Source: Acidobacteriota bacterium (lineage in GTDB: Bacteria > Acidobacteriota > UBA6911). From it: a stretch of 64,000 nt of DNA. The notes beneath the pieces are model-generated. The model did no database searches. It was not told the DNA's origin and saw nothing but the letters and a program-made list of their open reading frames with translations. A program made the position numbers and the translations under genes. The stretch covers positions 352,001-416,000 of the forward strand of contig OY761556.1 in assembly GCA_963664705.1 (NCBI GenBank), read 5' to 3'. This document shows, piece after piece, positions 40,909-50,387 of the stretch (the stretch's first letter is position 1; each line of letters begins with the position of its first letter).

Positions 40909-41155
40909 GCGTCAAAATCTCCTGGGTTCGCGGGGCGGCAGTTATTGCAGCCAGTCATCAAGCCTTGTCAGGGCTTCTAAAATGCTCTTATCGGCACCTT
41001 CCACCGGGATCGCAAGCGAAAAGGATCGTCGAGAACAGCAAAATTCTGCGGACTTGCGAAATCTCCGTAGATCCTCATCTTAGCCATCAATTCCCCGGAG
41101 GGCTTTTTCAGATTAGTGTTTGTCCCGCGGCGCGAGTTTGATAATTTGAAGCCTG

Positions 41156-42211
41156 ATGAAGGATACATGCTGCCGAACAGGTCTTGATCCGAGAGACCAG
41201 AGTCCTGCCGATTTCCTGCACAAAGCTGGGAAACTATCGCTTCAGGAGAAGAATGCGCGTCGTTGGCTCGCTACTGTAATTGGAAAAGGCGAGTACCGCC
41301 TGGCTGAATGGGGACGCAAAGGCATTCTGCCCCGGCATCTGCTGGATAGTCTTCCTGAACTGCCGCAATTGCATCTTGAAAAGCGGCTCGTTTCCGAAAT
41401 GTCGCGATTTCAGAAACTGGCCTTTCGTACTGCAGATGACCTGCTGGTGGAATCCGTCATCATCCCGCTGCATCGGCCCGGGGCGTTTTCCATCTGTCTT
41501 TCTTCTCAGATTGGTTGCGCGCTGCGTTGTGCATTTTGTGCTACCGGGCGAATGCAAGCTCAGCGCGACCTGGAGACCTGGGAGATTATCGATCAGTTCA
41601 TCCAGGCAAGAGGGATTGTGCGGGCCGGCGGCGGGCAGGTCACGGGCGCGGTTTTTATGGGAATGGGAGAGCCTTTCCTGAACTATGATCGCGTAATGGC
41701 AGCTGCGGAGTTGCTGAGTTACCCCGTTGAGTCGGCGATCAGTGCGAAGGCGATCACCATCAGCACCGTGGGGATTGTTCCGGCCATGCTGAGATTTGCC
41801 TCCGAAAATCACCACTTTCGGCTTTCCGTCAGCCTGGGAGCCGCGATAGATGAAAAACGCAAACTTCTGATGCCGCTGGCAGGCAGGACTTCCATCGATG
41901 AAGTAATGGAGGCGGCAAGGCACTACGCGCACGCGCGCCGCACGCGCGTGATGCTGTCCTATGTTTGCGTGAGCGGACTGAACGTTTTGGAAGAAGATGC
42001 CCGGGCTTTGGGCCGGGTTATCGGTGATACCCCAGTTCGACTGGATTTGATTGATGTGGATGATCCAACCGGTCGTTTTGTCCCTCCGAACGACTCGGAA
42101 TTGAGTGCATTCCGCGATGCTTTGCGCCGCCACGTGGGGCAGCCCGTTGTACGAAGATATTCGGGCGGCTCGGATATCAGGGCATCGTGCGGTGCCCTGG
42201 GGGCCGGCTAG
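41156..42211 (+). CDS. RlmN/Cfr-family radical SAM RNA methyltransferase
   Basis: CLSSQIGCALRCAFCATG, FMGMGEP, C-terminal DIRASCG. Confidence 0.85.
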   Translation: MKDTCCRTGLDPRDQSPADFLHKAGKLSLQEKNARRWLATVIGKGEYRLAEWGRKGILPRHLLDSLPELPQLHLEKRLVSEMSRFQKLAFRTADDLLVESVIIPLHRPGAFSICLSSQIGCALRCAFCATGRMQAQRDLETWEIIDQFIQARGIVRAGGGQVTGAVFMGMGEPFLNYDRVMAAAELLSYPVESAISAKAITISTVGIVPAMLRFASENHHFRLSVSLGAAIDEKRKLLMPLAGRTSIDEVMEAARHYAHARRTRVMLSYVCVSGLNVLEEDARALGRVIGDTPVRLDLIDVDDPTGRFVPPNDSELSAFRDALRRHVGQPVVRRYSGGSDIRASCGALGAG

Positions 42212-42229
42212 CCGAAGGCGGCTTCCGGA

Positions 42230-43672
42230 TCAGTCTTCTGATTCGACGACTCCACCATTTTTCCGGAGCTTCCACTCTCTACTGGCCTGCCAGAGAACCA
42301 GGATCGTTCCCAGTGCTATCAGTGTGGCCGCAAGATAGGCCTGGTCATGCATCGCATGGACGATAGAGGAATTCCCGGCCATGGTTACGTCGACATCTTT
42401 GCCTTCATAGTGCTGGAGGCGGCGGGCAAAAAAGGCGCCCATGAGCGAGACGCCGGTCAATTGTCCCAGCGTGCGGCTCATGCTGAGCATGCCGTTGGCT
42501 ACGCCCAGCCTGCGCCTGGGGGCGGATGCCATGATTGCGGCATTGTTGGGGCTTTGAAAGATGGCCATGCCTATGCCGTTCGGCAGAGTCAGCAATATAA
42601 AGCTGGCTGCGGTCGTGAATGCCGTTATTCTGCCCATCAGGATATAACTTACAAAAATCACTGCCAGCCCGACCAGGCTGACAGGACGCGTTCCGAATCT
42701 GTCCGCAAGGGTCCCTGATATCGGTCCCAGTATGATGAGCGCAATCGGTACAACGGACATAATGAGCCCGATATGCTGCTGATCCAGTTTCTTTACCAAT
42801 TGCAGGTAGAATGGAAAGATAAGCAGGATGCCGGAGATGCAGACAAACGAGGCAAATCCCGTAAGCAGGCTCAGAGTGAAACCCACATTGGAAAAAAGCG
42901 AAAGATCCAGCATCGGATGCTTTACGTGACTTTCTATCCAGATGAAGGCGATCAGTGAGACTGCAAATGCGGCCAGCAAGCCTATCACCGGCTCCGAAAA
43001 CAGTCCGTGAGTCTGGGTAAAAGTCATTGCCAGTACGAACGCAAGCATGGTCAGGCCAATGGCCAGGGCGCCCGCCAGGTCAAATGTCTCTGCATGATCT
43101 TTGGGGCGAAGCTCAGGAAGATAAATGCGCACAAGCGCCAGTGACAGCAAGCCAATGGGGATGTTGACGAAAAATATCCAGCGCCAGCTGAGGACATGCA
43201 GAAGAAGCCCTCCCAGGGCCGGTCCGGCCGCAGCACCCAGGGATATGATTCCGGCGGATATTCCAATAGCCTTGCCATGCTCCGTTCGTGGCCATGTTTC
43301 CGTTACAATGGCTACCCCGAGGGAAACAATCATGGCTGATCCGACTGCCTGCAGGAAGCGGAACCCAATCAGCCAGTAAATTCCCGGTGCAAGCCCGCAC
43401 AGCGTCGAGGCGAGTATGAAGACGATGAGCCCGAGGGTGAATACGCGCTTTTTGCCCACCATGTCACCAAGCCGGCCTGCCATCAGAAGCAGAATGGTGA
43501 GCCCCATCAGGAACGATAGAACCGCCCATTGGACAATGTAGAATTTCGTGTGAAGGTCTGTAGTCAGACTCGGCAGGGCGACGTTGACAATAGATCCGTC
43601 CACCGTGCCCATCAATAAAGCGCTTCCTACTGCTACCAGGATCAGCCATTTATGCGTATGCGGTTCTGTCAT
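42230..43672 (-). CDS. MFS transporter, DHA2 (EmrB/QacA) family
   Basis: ~14 TM helices; DGSIVNVALP, GRLGDMVGKKR, GPALGG, WRWIFFVNIP. Confidence 0.92.
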   Translation of the reverse strand: MTEPHTHKWLILVAVGSALLMGTVDGSIVNVALPSLTTDLHTKFYIVQWAVLSFLMGLTILLLMAGRLGDMVGKKRVFTLGLIVFILASTLCGLAPGIYWLIGFRFLQAVGSAMIVSLGVAIVTETWPRTEHGKAIGISAGIISLGAAAGPALGGLLLHVLSWRWIFFVNIPIGLLSLALVRIYLPELRPKDHAETFDLAGALAIGLTMLAFVLAMTFTQTHGLFSEPVIGLLAAFAVSLIAFIWIESHVKHPMLDLSLFSNVGFTLSLLTGFASFVCISGILLIFPFYLQLVKKLDQQHIGLIMSVVPIALIILGPISGTLADRFGTRPVSLVGLAVIFVSYILMGRITAFTTAASFILLTLPNGIGMAIFQSPNNAAIMASAPRRRLGVANGMLSMSRTLGQLTGVSLMGAFFARRLQHYEGKDVDVTMAGNSSIVHAMHDQAYLAATLIALGTILVLWQASREWKLRKNGGVVESED

Positions 43673-43696
43673 AGAGCGCCCAGTATAGCATCCTCC

Positions 43697-43728
43697 GGGA
43701 TTTCCGATTCCAGATTCCGGATTTCGGG
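43697..43728 (+). repeat. Degenerate GATTCC(A/G) heptamer array
   Basis: GGATTTCC GATTCCA GATTCCG GATTTCG. Confidence 0.6.
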
Positions 43729-43740
43729 AAGGATGACGAA

Positions 43741-43757
43741 TTTACACCAGCTTTACA
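43741..43757 (+). promoter_or_regulatory. 11-bp-period direct repeat (OmpR/CpxR-type box) upstream of spy-like gene
   Basis: TTTACA-CCAGC-TTTACA. Confidence 0.5.
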
Positions 43758-43835
43758 GCACGATTCTCCGCGAACGCGTATATAAATATGTGAGTATAAG
43801 CCGAGGGGAAATAAAAGATTAGGAGATGAGTGGAT

Positions 43836-44552
43836 ATGAGTATTCAACGAAATCGCAGGCGTGAATGGATTTGGGTGTGCGGTGCATGCATATTCCTGAT
43901 GGCGCTCATGGCTTTTGGGCAGGAGGCTCCCCCTCCGGATAACCAGAAGGCGCCTGGAAATCCCGGGTTCCCGCAGATGGCTCAGGGGCCGATGCGGGGC
44001 ATGCAGGGAGCGGGGATGCAAAGACCTGGCATGCAGGGCGCGGGAATGAGGGGCATGAATGAGCCCCGGATGATGCCGGGCAGGCCGGGAGGTGGGCCCG
44101 GAAATGCTATCTCAGAAATCATGCGTCCGGAGATCCAGAAGGAACTGGGAGTCACGGCAGAACAGCGTCAGAAACTGGAAGATATACGATTCAACGCAGA
44201 GAAGGAGTCTATACAGCGTCGTGCGGCCATGCAGGTCCAGCGCATGGAATTGCAGCGCCTGGTGGACGCCGATAATCCGGATCGTGCGGCTGTTGACAAA
44301 AAGATTCAGGAAGTAGCCCAGGAGGAAGCGGCGCTGATGAAAGCATCCATCAATGCCGGTCTGAATGCTAAAGCCGTCCTGACTGCAGAGCAGCGCGCAA
44401 AACTGGCGCAGTTCCGGCAGCGCCGGATGGAACGCAATGGGCCGCCACAGGGTAATTCCGAAATGATGCCGGGTCGGCCGGCCCCGAAGACAGGCTCAGG
44501 CCGCGACAGAGTGCCGCAGCCGGCGATGCCGACACGGCCCCTGGAGAAATAA
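43836..44552 (+). CDS. Spy/CpxP-family periplasmic protein
   Basis: Signal peptide, Met/Gly-rich linker, LGVTAEQRQKL and VLTAEQRAKL (LTxxQ) motifs. Confidence 0.85.
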   Translation: MSIQRNRRREWIWVCGACIFLMALMAFGQEAPPPDNQKAPGNPGFPQMAQGPMRGMQGAGMQRPGMQGAGMRGMNEPRMMPGRPGGGPGNAISEIMRPEIQKELGVTAEQRQKLEDIRFNAEKESIQRRAAMQVQRMELQRLVDADNPDRAAVDKKIQEVAQEEAALMKASINAGLNAKAVLTAEQRAKLAQFRQRRMERNGPPQGNSEMMPGRPAPKTGSGRDRVPQPAMPTRPLEK

Positions 44553-44659
44553 GCGAAGAGATCACCGGGAGCACCAGCTTGCCCGACTTAGCAATGGCGA
44601 AGTCGGGCACTGTCCCAGCAGGCGAGAGCCTAATGCCATTTACTTTTTTTCGGGAGTAT

Positions 44660-45019
44660 TTCTTTCGCCCCTGTCGGGGCTTGCCTATTCTGCGATCGAG
44701 ATCCAGGGGTTCGCTGCGCTCACCCCTGGCTACATTCTATCGGGCCTCCGGCCCTGACTAATCAAAGCCAACTCCGGGCCTTGAGGAAAATCGGAGGCAA
44801 TTTGGATAGTCTGCCAACTTGCAGTTTGCGGGTCCCGGAGCTTAAATATCCGACTGAATCAATAAACGGATATTTCGGATCGTACCAGTATTTTCCTCCA
44901 AACCGGTCAATCCAATGGCAGGCAGCGCGCCGAGGGCGCGCCAGAAAATAGACAGGGGAGAGCGAAGCGAACCCCTGGAATGAAAGCAGAAAAGACGGAG
45001 CCCGGTAGGGGCGAAAGAA
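44660..45019. repeat. Inverted pair of ~95-nt composite REP-like units
   Basis: TTCTTTCGCCCCT..CCAGGGGTTCGCTGCGCTCACCCCTGG (44660-44756) mirrored by CAGGGGAGAGCGAAGCGAACCCCTGG..AGGGGCGAAAGAA (44923-45019). Confidence 0.8.
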
Positions 45020-45088
45020 CTGCAATTGCAAAAAGTAAATGGCAGCCGACGAGACGCCGGCGCTCTCAGTGGAGTTTCCTGGCAAAGG

Positions 45089-45772
45089 CTATTCACTCTC
45101 AAAGCGGTAGCCGATGTCCCGAACCGTCTTGATGTATGCGGGGTCCTGCGAGTTGCGTTCTATCTTGGTGCGTAGCGTGGTGATGCACCGATCGACGCTG
45201 CGCGTTGTGACGAGGATGTCATAACCCCAAACATGCCGGATGATTTCATCCCGTGTCAAAGCGCAGCCTGCCCGCCTGACGAAAAGGGACAGCAGACCAA
45301 ATTCCTTGGGCGTAAGTTCGATCTCCTTCCCGCGCCGCAGCAATCGCCGCGAATCCATATTCAAAAGAAAATCCCCAAATTTGAATTCGCGTATTTCCTG
45401 GCGCCGCCTTCTTCGCAGGAATGCATTCACGCGAGCCATCAGTTGTTGGATGTTAAACGGCTTGGTCACGTAGTCGTCGGCGCCCAGATTGAGACCCAGG
45501 ATAATATCTGATTCCTGACCCTTGGCGGTCAGCATGATGATCGGCATATCCAGCCCCTCGCCACGAATCAGCCGGCAAATCTCAAACCCGTTGATGCCCG
45601 GAAGCATGATGTCCAGCAGAATGAGATCCGGATGTGAATTCAGGGCTTCATTCAACCCGGATTCTCCATCCTTTGCCGTCCTGACTTTATATCCTTTGAA
45701 GCCAAAGTTATCCTTTAGCCCACGCAGCATTGCAGGGTCGTCTTCGATAATCAGTATGGCTTCGTCCGGCAT
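45089..45772 (-). CDS. OmpR/PhoB family response regulator
   Basis: IIEDD, LDIMLP, GADDYVTKPF, TVRDIGYRF; start at MPDEA. Confidence 0.95.
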   Translation of the reverse strand: MPDEAILIIEDDPAMLRGLKDNFGFKGYKVRTAKDGESGLNEALNSHPDLILLDIMLPGINGFEICRLIRGEGLDMPIIMLTAKGQESDIILGLNLGADDYVTKPFNIQQLMARVNAFLRRRRRQEIREFKFGDFLLNMDSRRLLRRGKEIELTPKEFGLLSLFVRRAGCALTRDEIIRHVWGYDILVTTRSVDRCITTLRTKIERNSQDPAYIKTVRDIGYRFESE

Positions 45773-45776
45773 ATGC

Positions 45777-47720
45777 TTACCCGCCTGCAGGAAGTTGAAC
45801 TGTAAAAGTACTGCCTTGGCCCGGTTCGCCTTTGGCTGAAACACTGCCATTGTGGGCTGAGACGATGAATTGAACAATGCTCAACCCCAGCCCGCAACCG
45901 CCGGTTTGCCGCGACAGGGAATGGTCCACCTGGTAGAAGCGATCAAAGATTTTTTTTGCGGCGCTGCGGGGAAAGCCAATCCCGTTGTCCCGGACTTCGA
46001 AACAAAGCGATCCGTTTTCAGCGAAGCCGCGAATCTGGATTTCTTTGTGCTCGCCCGTGTATTTGAGGGCGTTGTCCAGGAGGTTCACGAAAACAGTTGT
46101 CAATGCATCGCGATCTCCAAGGATGGGCGGCATCGCGGGCGCCATATCCAGGCTGAATTTGCAGTCCGGGGACCGCAGACGGTTTCCGAGGGCCCCCACC
46201 GCTGCCTCTACAACTTCCTTCGCCTGCACAATCTCCCGTTCAAACTTTGCCTTGTTGCGTTCCATGCGGGAAAAGGTCAGGAATCCCTCGATCAGGCTGC
46301 TGAGCCGGGCGTTTTCCCTGGCGATCATCTCCAGGTATTCGTGTACCAGCTGAGAGTCATGACTGTGGCCATTGCGCAATGTGTCGACCAACAGCCGCAT
46401 GGAAGCCAGGGGTGTTTTTAATTCATGAGAGACTGTAGCGATCAAGTCATTCTTCAGGCGCGTCAGACGCATCTGGCGCTGCAGATAGGCCACCAGAAGA
46501 ATCGAGAGCACCAGGATTCCTCCAGCCATCAGGATTCCCATCCAGACATAAAGTGCGGTTCTTTGCCTCGCCGCTGATTGAAAGGGATCGGTTCCATCAA
46601 GATAAAGCGCCAGTTCCCACGATGGGAATAGATCCCCGATTTTGCCGCTTTGAACCCCTGTTGATCTGGCGCCCGGCGGTGTGGGAACCAGTCGAATCCC
46701 GTCTGCTGGTTTGGGCGCGCCCATGGCGGAGCTCATAAAACTCAACAATCGTGACTGGTTGAACAATGCGATGTAGGACCGGTCGGTGGGTGTATAAGCC
46801 CATAGATCCTTTGTTCCGGTTGGCTGTATCCGGCCGGTGCTGAGTTGGTTCGGAAAGATTCTGCTGAAACCGGCAGCCACTTCTTCTGCCGCATAGGTCG
46901 GGAATTGGGAAAAACTATCGGGCCAGGTTGAATGCAATTGCTCCATCAGAAAACGCCTTTGAGAGGACGGGATGGAAGTACTTTGATAGTCGCTGAGCTG
47001 CTTTGCCAGTGAGGCGGCAGTCTGGCGGAACAGCGGGTGTCCCGGTCCTTTCATCAACTGCAGGGCGAAAAGCGTGGCATTGAGCTGGATGGAGCGACCT
47101 TGCATATCTTGAATATCCCGGTATCGTGATTCACCCAAAGTATGGACAAGAACATCGATGGCGCGCGGTGGTTTTCCGGCCTTATTGAGGCAGCGCGCAT
47201 CAGCCATCCATGCCAACGCTGTCTCTTGCGTACGCGAGGATTGCCGGGCGATTCCGGCATAGGCTTCCGCCGCAGCCCCTGGATTGTTCTTTGCAAATTC
47301 CAGTTTGCGCGCCTCAAGCCAATTGGGTGTTTGCAGTTCCGCGGACAGGACAGGAAAGGCCGAGGATTCGGGGTAGGTCAGCTCTCCGCTGCGATAAAGG
47401 AGAACTGAATCGACATGTCCGCCGGTGACGAGAAGGCCAAACGATTCCGCCGCCGGGTGCCGGCGAATGGTTTCGGCAATTATTTCGGATTGCCGTACCC
47501 AGGCATTCTGAATTCGTTCTGCGGCAACTTGTATTTGAGATTGATATAAATCCGACAACCGCTGATGCATGGCCAGTTGTTCATTCTGCATCGCCTGGTT
47601 CATGAACCAGAAAACGCCTGCCGCCGGCAACATTACGACCGCAGCCAACAAGGCAAATGCAGGCCACAGCTGCTGGCCATGGCCTGCAAAATTCTTTCTT
47701 CTGGATAGGCGGAATGCCAT
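45777..47720 (-). CDS. Membrane sensor histidine kinase with TPR-like periplasmic region
   Basis: Two TM helices, SHELKTPL, NLLDNALKY, DNGIG, GCGLGL. Confidence 0.93.
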   Translation of the reverse strand: MAFRLSRRKNFAGHGQQLWPAFALLAAVVMLPAAGVFWFMNQAMQNEQLAMHQRLSDLYQSQIQVAAERIQNAWVRQSEIIAETIRRHPAAESFGLLVTGGHVDSVLLYRSGELTYPESSAFPVLSAELQTPNWLEARKLEFAKNNPGAAAEAYAGIARQSSRTQETALAWMADARCLNKAGKPPRAIDVLVHTLGESRYRDIQDMQGRSIQLNATLFALQLMKGPGHPLFRQTAASLAKQLSDYQSTSIPSSQRRFLMEQLHSTWPDSFSQFPTYAAEEVAAGFSRIFPNQLSTGRIQPTGTKDLWAYTPTDRSYIALFNQSRLLSFMSSAMGAPKPADGIRLVPTPPGARSTGVQSGKIGDLFPSWELALYLDGTDPFQSAARQRTALYVWMGILMAGGILVLSILLVAYLQRQMRLTRLKNDLIATVSHELKTPLASMRLLVDTLRNGHSHDSQLVHEYLEMIARENARLSSLIEGFLTFSRMERNKAKFEREIVQAKEVVEAAVGALGNRLRSPDCKFSLDMAPAMPPILGDRDALTTVFVNLLDNALKYTGEHKEIQIRGFAENGSLCFEVRDNGIGFPRSAAKKIFDRFYQVDHSLSRQTGGCGLGLSIVQFIVSAHNGSVSAKGEPGQGSTFTVQLPAGG

Positions 47721-47723
47721 TCG

Positions 47724-49163
47724 CTATTTGGCTTTCAAACTCGTCATGATTGATTCGAATACGGGCCGCATTTTGTCGAGATTGTCTTTTGCCGTTCGGA
47801 AAGAAAAGCTATACGACTTTGCCTCCGACGCGAGTTTATAGACGCAGGCAATAATTTCTTCGCCCGTTTTGGCATTGAGCGTTTTGGTAATATATCGCTC
47901 GCCGGTCAATCCTGCGAAGGATACTTTTTCCCGCGATTCATACGATATTTCATAGCTTTGTTCGATGCCATTAACAACTACTTTGTGCACGATCTTGCTC
48001 TCTGTCGGTTGGGCAATCTGCGCTGCAAGCTGTGAATCTACCTTAAAAACAGTCACTCCCAGGTCTGAATCTACCTCCGGCGCCGCGACTCCAAGAAATG
48101 CAATGTTGCCATAGGTTGAGAGACCGGAGACAGTGGACAAATACCACTGGTGCGGAACGGAAAACACGAGCCCTGTTCCAGGGATTTCAATTATTGCCGG
48201 CTGGTTTTTTCCGACAACCTCGACTGAATGGAGAACAAATTCATCATTGCGGTTGAGGCGTGCCTTTGCAAGGTAGGCATGGCTGTCAGCGCTGATCCAG
48301 AATTTTTGATCTGTGGGCAGACTATCATCTGAAGCCATCACCACCTTGTAACAGTCAAAGGTGCCTGCCGGTACGGTAATGGTTTCCCGGCCGGTTACGG
48401 AAAATCGGACGTTTGCAGATGTGGCGGTGGATGCTTCCAGGAGCGGGACTGTAGCCTGGAATCCCTCCTTTAAGGGAAGGCGGCGCAGTAGCGGTACGAT
48501 CTGCCATGCGTCGTAGGTTGCTCCCTCCATTCTGATTTGCCTCGAGGGCTGGCTGCTATCCTTCAGATTGATTACCTCAATGCTGTCTGAGCCATATCTG
48601 GCTTCGAGAGAGGTCTGATTGGAGCGAACCCAGCTCTTCAGTGGAAGCATGGTGACATCGTCTGCTTCGGTGCCGGAATAGTGACTGGGCGATTGTCCGC
48701 CGCCAAAGAGGTACCGAAGGTTCCATACCGGTTTTCCAGCTTCCTGACCGGATTCCGATATATAAGTTCCAAACACCCCCGACCCATTGTAGGTAAGTCT
48801 CATTACTTCACCGTCGACCCAGGGAGCCGCCTTCAGGGTCAGATACAGACTTTTGGCTATGAGATCTTTCTGCTCAGGGTATAAATTGGCGAGATTGGAA
48901 AAGGTTGAAAGAGCATCCGTTTCGTTCCCCGCCTTCCGGTAGCATATTCCCAGCCGGTATATGGCCTGCGCTGCCACAGTTCTGGTTGTCTCGGTATTGC
49001 CGATAATTTCCTTGTAGATGGCGATTGCATCGTTCAGCTTGCCTAAGGTTTCCTCGGTGTAGATTGCTTTTTCCAGAAGAACCGAAGGATCTTGCGAGGA
49101 AAAAGCCGGGTTTGCCATAAACATCAAAATGAGTGCGATCCCAATTCCCTTGATGCCTTGCAT
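47724..49163 (-). CDS. Exported TPR + DUF3108-like protein with C-terminal extension
   Basis: Signal peptide from MQGIK; LLEKAIYTEETLG TPR; ETITVPAGTFDCYKV..WISAD. Confidence 0.75.
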   Translation of the reverse strand: MQGIKGIGIALILMFMANPAFSSQDPSVLLEKAIYTEETLGKLNDAIAIYKEIIGNTETTRTVAAQAIYRLGICYRKAGNETDALSTFSNLANLYPEQKDLIAKSLYLTLKAAPWVDGEVMRLTYNGSGVFGTYISESGQEAGKPVWNLRYLFGGGQSPSHYSGTEADDVTMLPLKSWVRSNQTSLEARYGSDSIEVINLKDSSQPSRQIRMEGATYDAWQIVPLLRRLPLKEGFQATVPLLEASTATSANVRFSVTGRETITVPAGTFDCYKVVMASDDSLPTDQKFWISADSHAYLAKARLNRNDEFVLHSVEVVGKNQPAIIEIPGTGLVFSVPHQWYLSTVSGLSTYGNIAFLGVAAPEVDSDLGVTVFKVDSQLAAQIAQPTESKIVHKVVVNGIEQSYEISYESREKVSFAGLTGERYITKTLNAKTGEEIIACVYKLASEAKSYSFSFRTAKDNLDKMRPVFESIMTSLKAK

Positions 49164-49218
49164 TTTCGTTGTCCTTTCCCAATGCTTCATAACCTTGTTT
49201 GACACAAAGGATCTACTG

Positions 49219-50217
49219 TTAGTTGCCGCCAATTGAGGTGAGTTCCTGATCGGTCGCAACATGGACAACTGCGCCCCAAACACGGTCCTCACTGGCTTTT
49301 ACAATGTATGAATGGATATCGTCGGATATCCAATAGGTTGAGGATGGAGATTGGTTTCCTTTAGTCACGATGACTTTATAGCAGTCAAAGGTGCCGGCGG
49401 GTACCGTGACCCTTTCTCTGGCGACTACCTCTACCTTGGCGTCAAAAAAGATGTAGTTGTAGACAGAAAAAATGGGAATGGAAGTTTGATAATTTTCGTA
49501 AAGCGGCAGACAGCGGAGAAATTGGACCAGCTGAAGCTCGTCATACGCAACACGCGTCAGCGGAAATGTTTTTTTGCCTGATTCATTGTCAACAGTCATC
49601 GAGAAGTCGATCTGACGAGGCCCATATTCCGCGCGAAATACCCGCCAATTCGATCCCTCCTGCACAACGCTGTTGAAAGGAGTAAACGTGGCGGCATCGG
49701 TCAATACGGACATAGTAATGGACCTGAAGCTGATGGTTGACTGCAGATTCCAGGCACGTTTGCCGGCGTTTTCAGCCGATTGGAAGCGATAGGAGACCGT
49801 TCCTAGGGGAGCGCCTCCTTTCATCTTGGCGGATAGCTGCAGGACTTCTCCATCTGCCCAGGGTGCCGGTTTCAATCCCAATGGGTTTGTGGCGGGTGCC
49901 GGAATCAAGGCAATCAGATCTTGCTGTTCCGGGTATAACTTGATCAATTTTGAAAATGCCGCCTGCGCTTGATCATCGTTATGGCTCTTTTGATAGCAAA
50001 TGCCCAGCCTGAAAAGAGCCAGCGCGGCGGTGGAGCGCGTGACATACAGGTCGGCTGCGATCTGCCGGTACAGCCCGATCGCTTCGCTTAAATTGCCCAG
50101 GGTTTCTTCTGTATAGATAGCTTTTTCCAGAAGCACCGATGGATCTTGAGCGGCAAGTTGGGATGAGATCCCCAAAACAAGCATCAAAGCCAGTCCAAGC
50201 CGTGTGAGGCGTTTCAT
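49219..50217 (-). CDS. Exported TPR + DUF3108-like protein (paralog of 47724-49163)
   Basis: QDPSVLLEKAIYTEETLG identical start; ERVTVPAGTFDCYKV..WISDD. Confidence 0.75.
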   Translation of the reverse strand: MKRLTRLGLALMLVLGISSQLAAQDPSVLLEKAIYTEETLGNLSEAIGLYRQIAADLYVTRSTAALALFRLGICYQKSHNDDQAQAAFSKLIKLYPEQQDLIALIPAPATNPLGLKPAPWADGEVLQLSAKMKGGAPLGTVSYRFQSAENAGKRAWNLQSTISFRSITMSVLTDAATFTPFNSVVQEGSNWRVFRAEYGPRQIDFSMTVDNESGKKTFPLTRVAYDELQLVQFLRCLPLYENYQTSIPIFSVYNYIFFDAKVEVVARERVTVPAGTFDCYKVIVTKGNQSPSSTYWISDDIHSYIVKASEDRVWGAVVHVATDQELTSIGGN

Positions 50218-50271
50218 CTTGGTTTTCCTTTCGGTGGTAGGCCGCAATGGCCAACTCAGTCGAATAGGATG

Positions 50272-50301
50272 ATAGTCCGGGGATGTTACGGAATTGTTAC
50301 G
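50272..50301 (-). promoter_or_regulatory. OmpR/PhoB-type direct-repeat box next to a -10 hexamer
   Basis: Minus strand CGTAACA-N4-CGTAACA followed 9 nt later by TATCAT, ~60-85 bp upstream of 50217. Confidence 0.6.
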
Positions 50302-50387
50302 CGCGGATCCAAATATGATCCAATTTTGGGAGGAGCGGGCTGGTTCACTGGGACGCCGCCGGAACGACGGCGCCCCGAGAAACGCTT

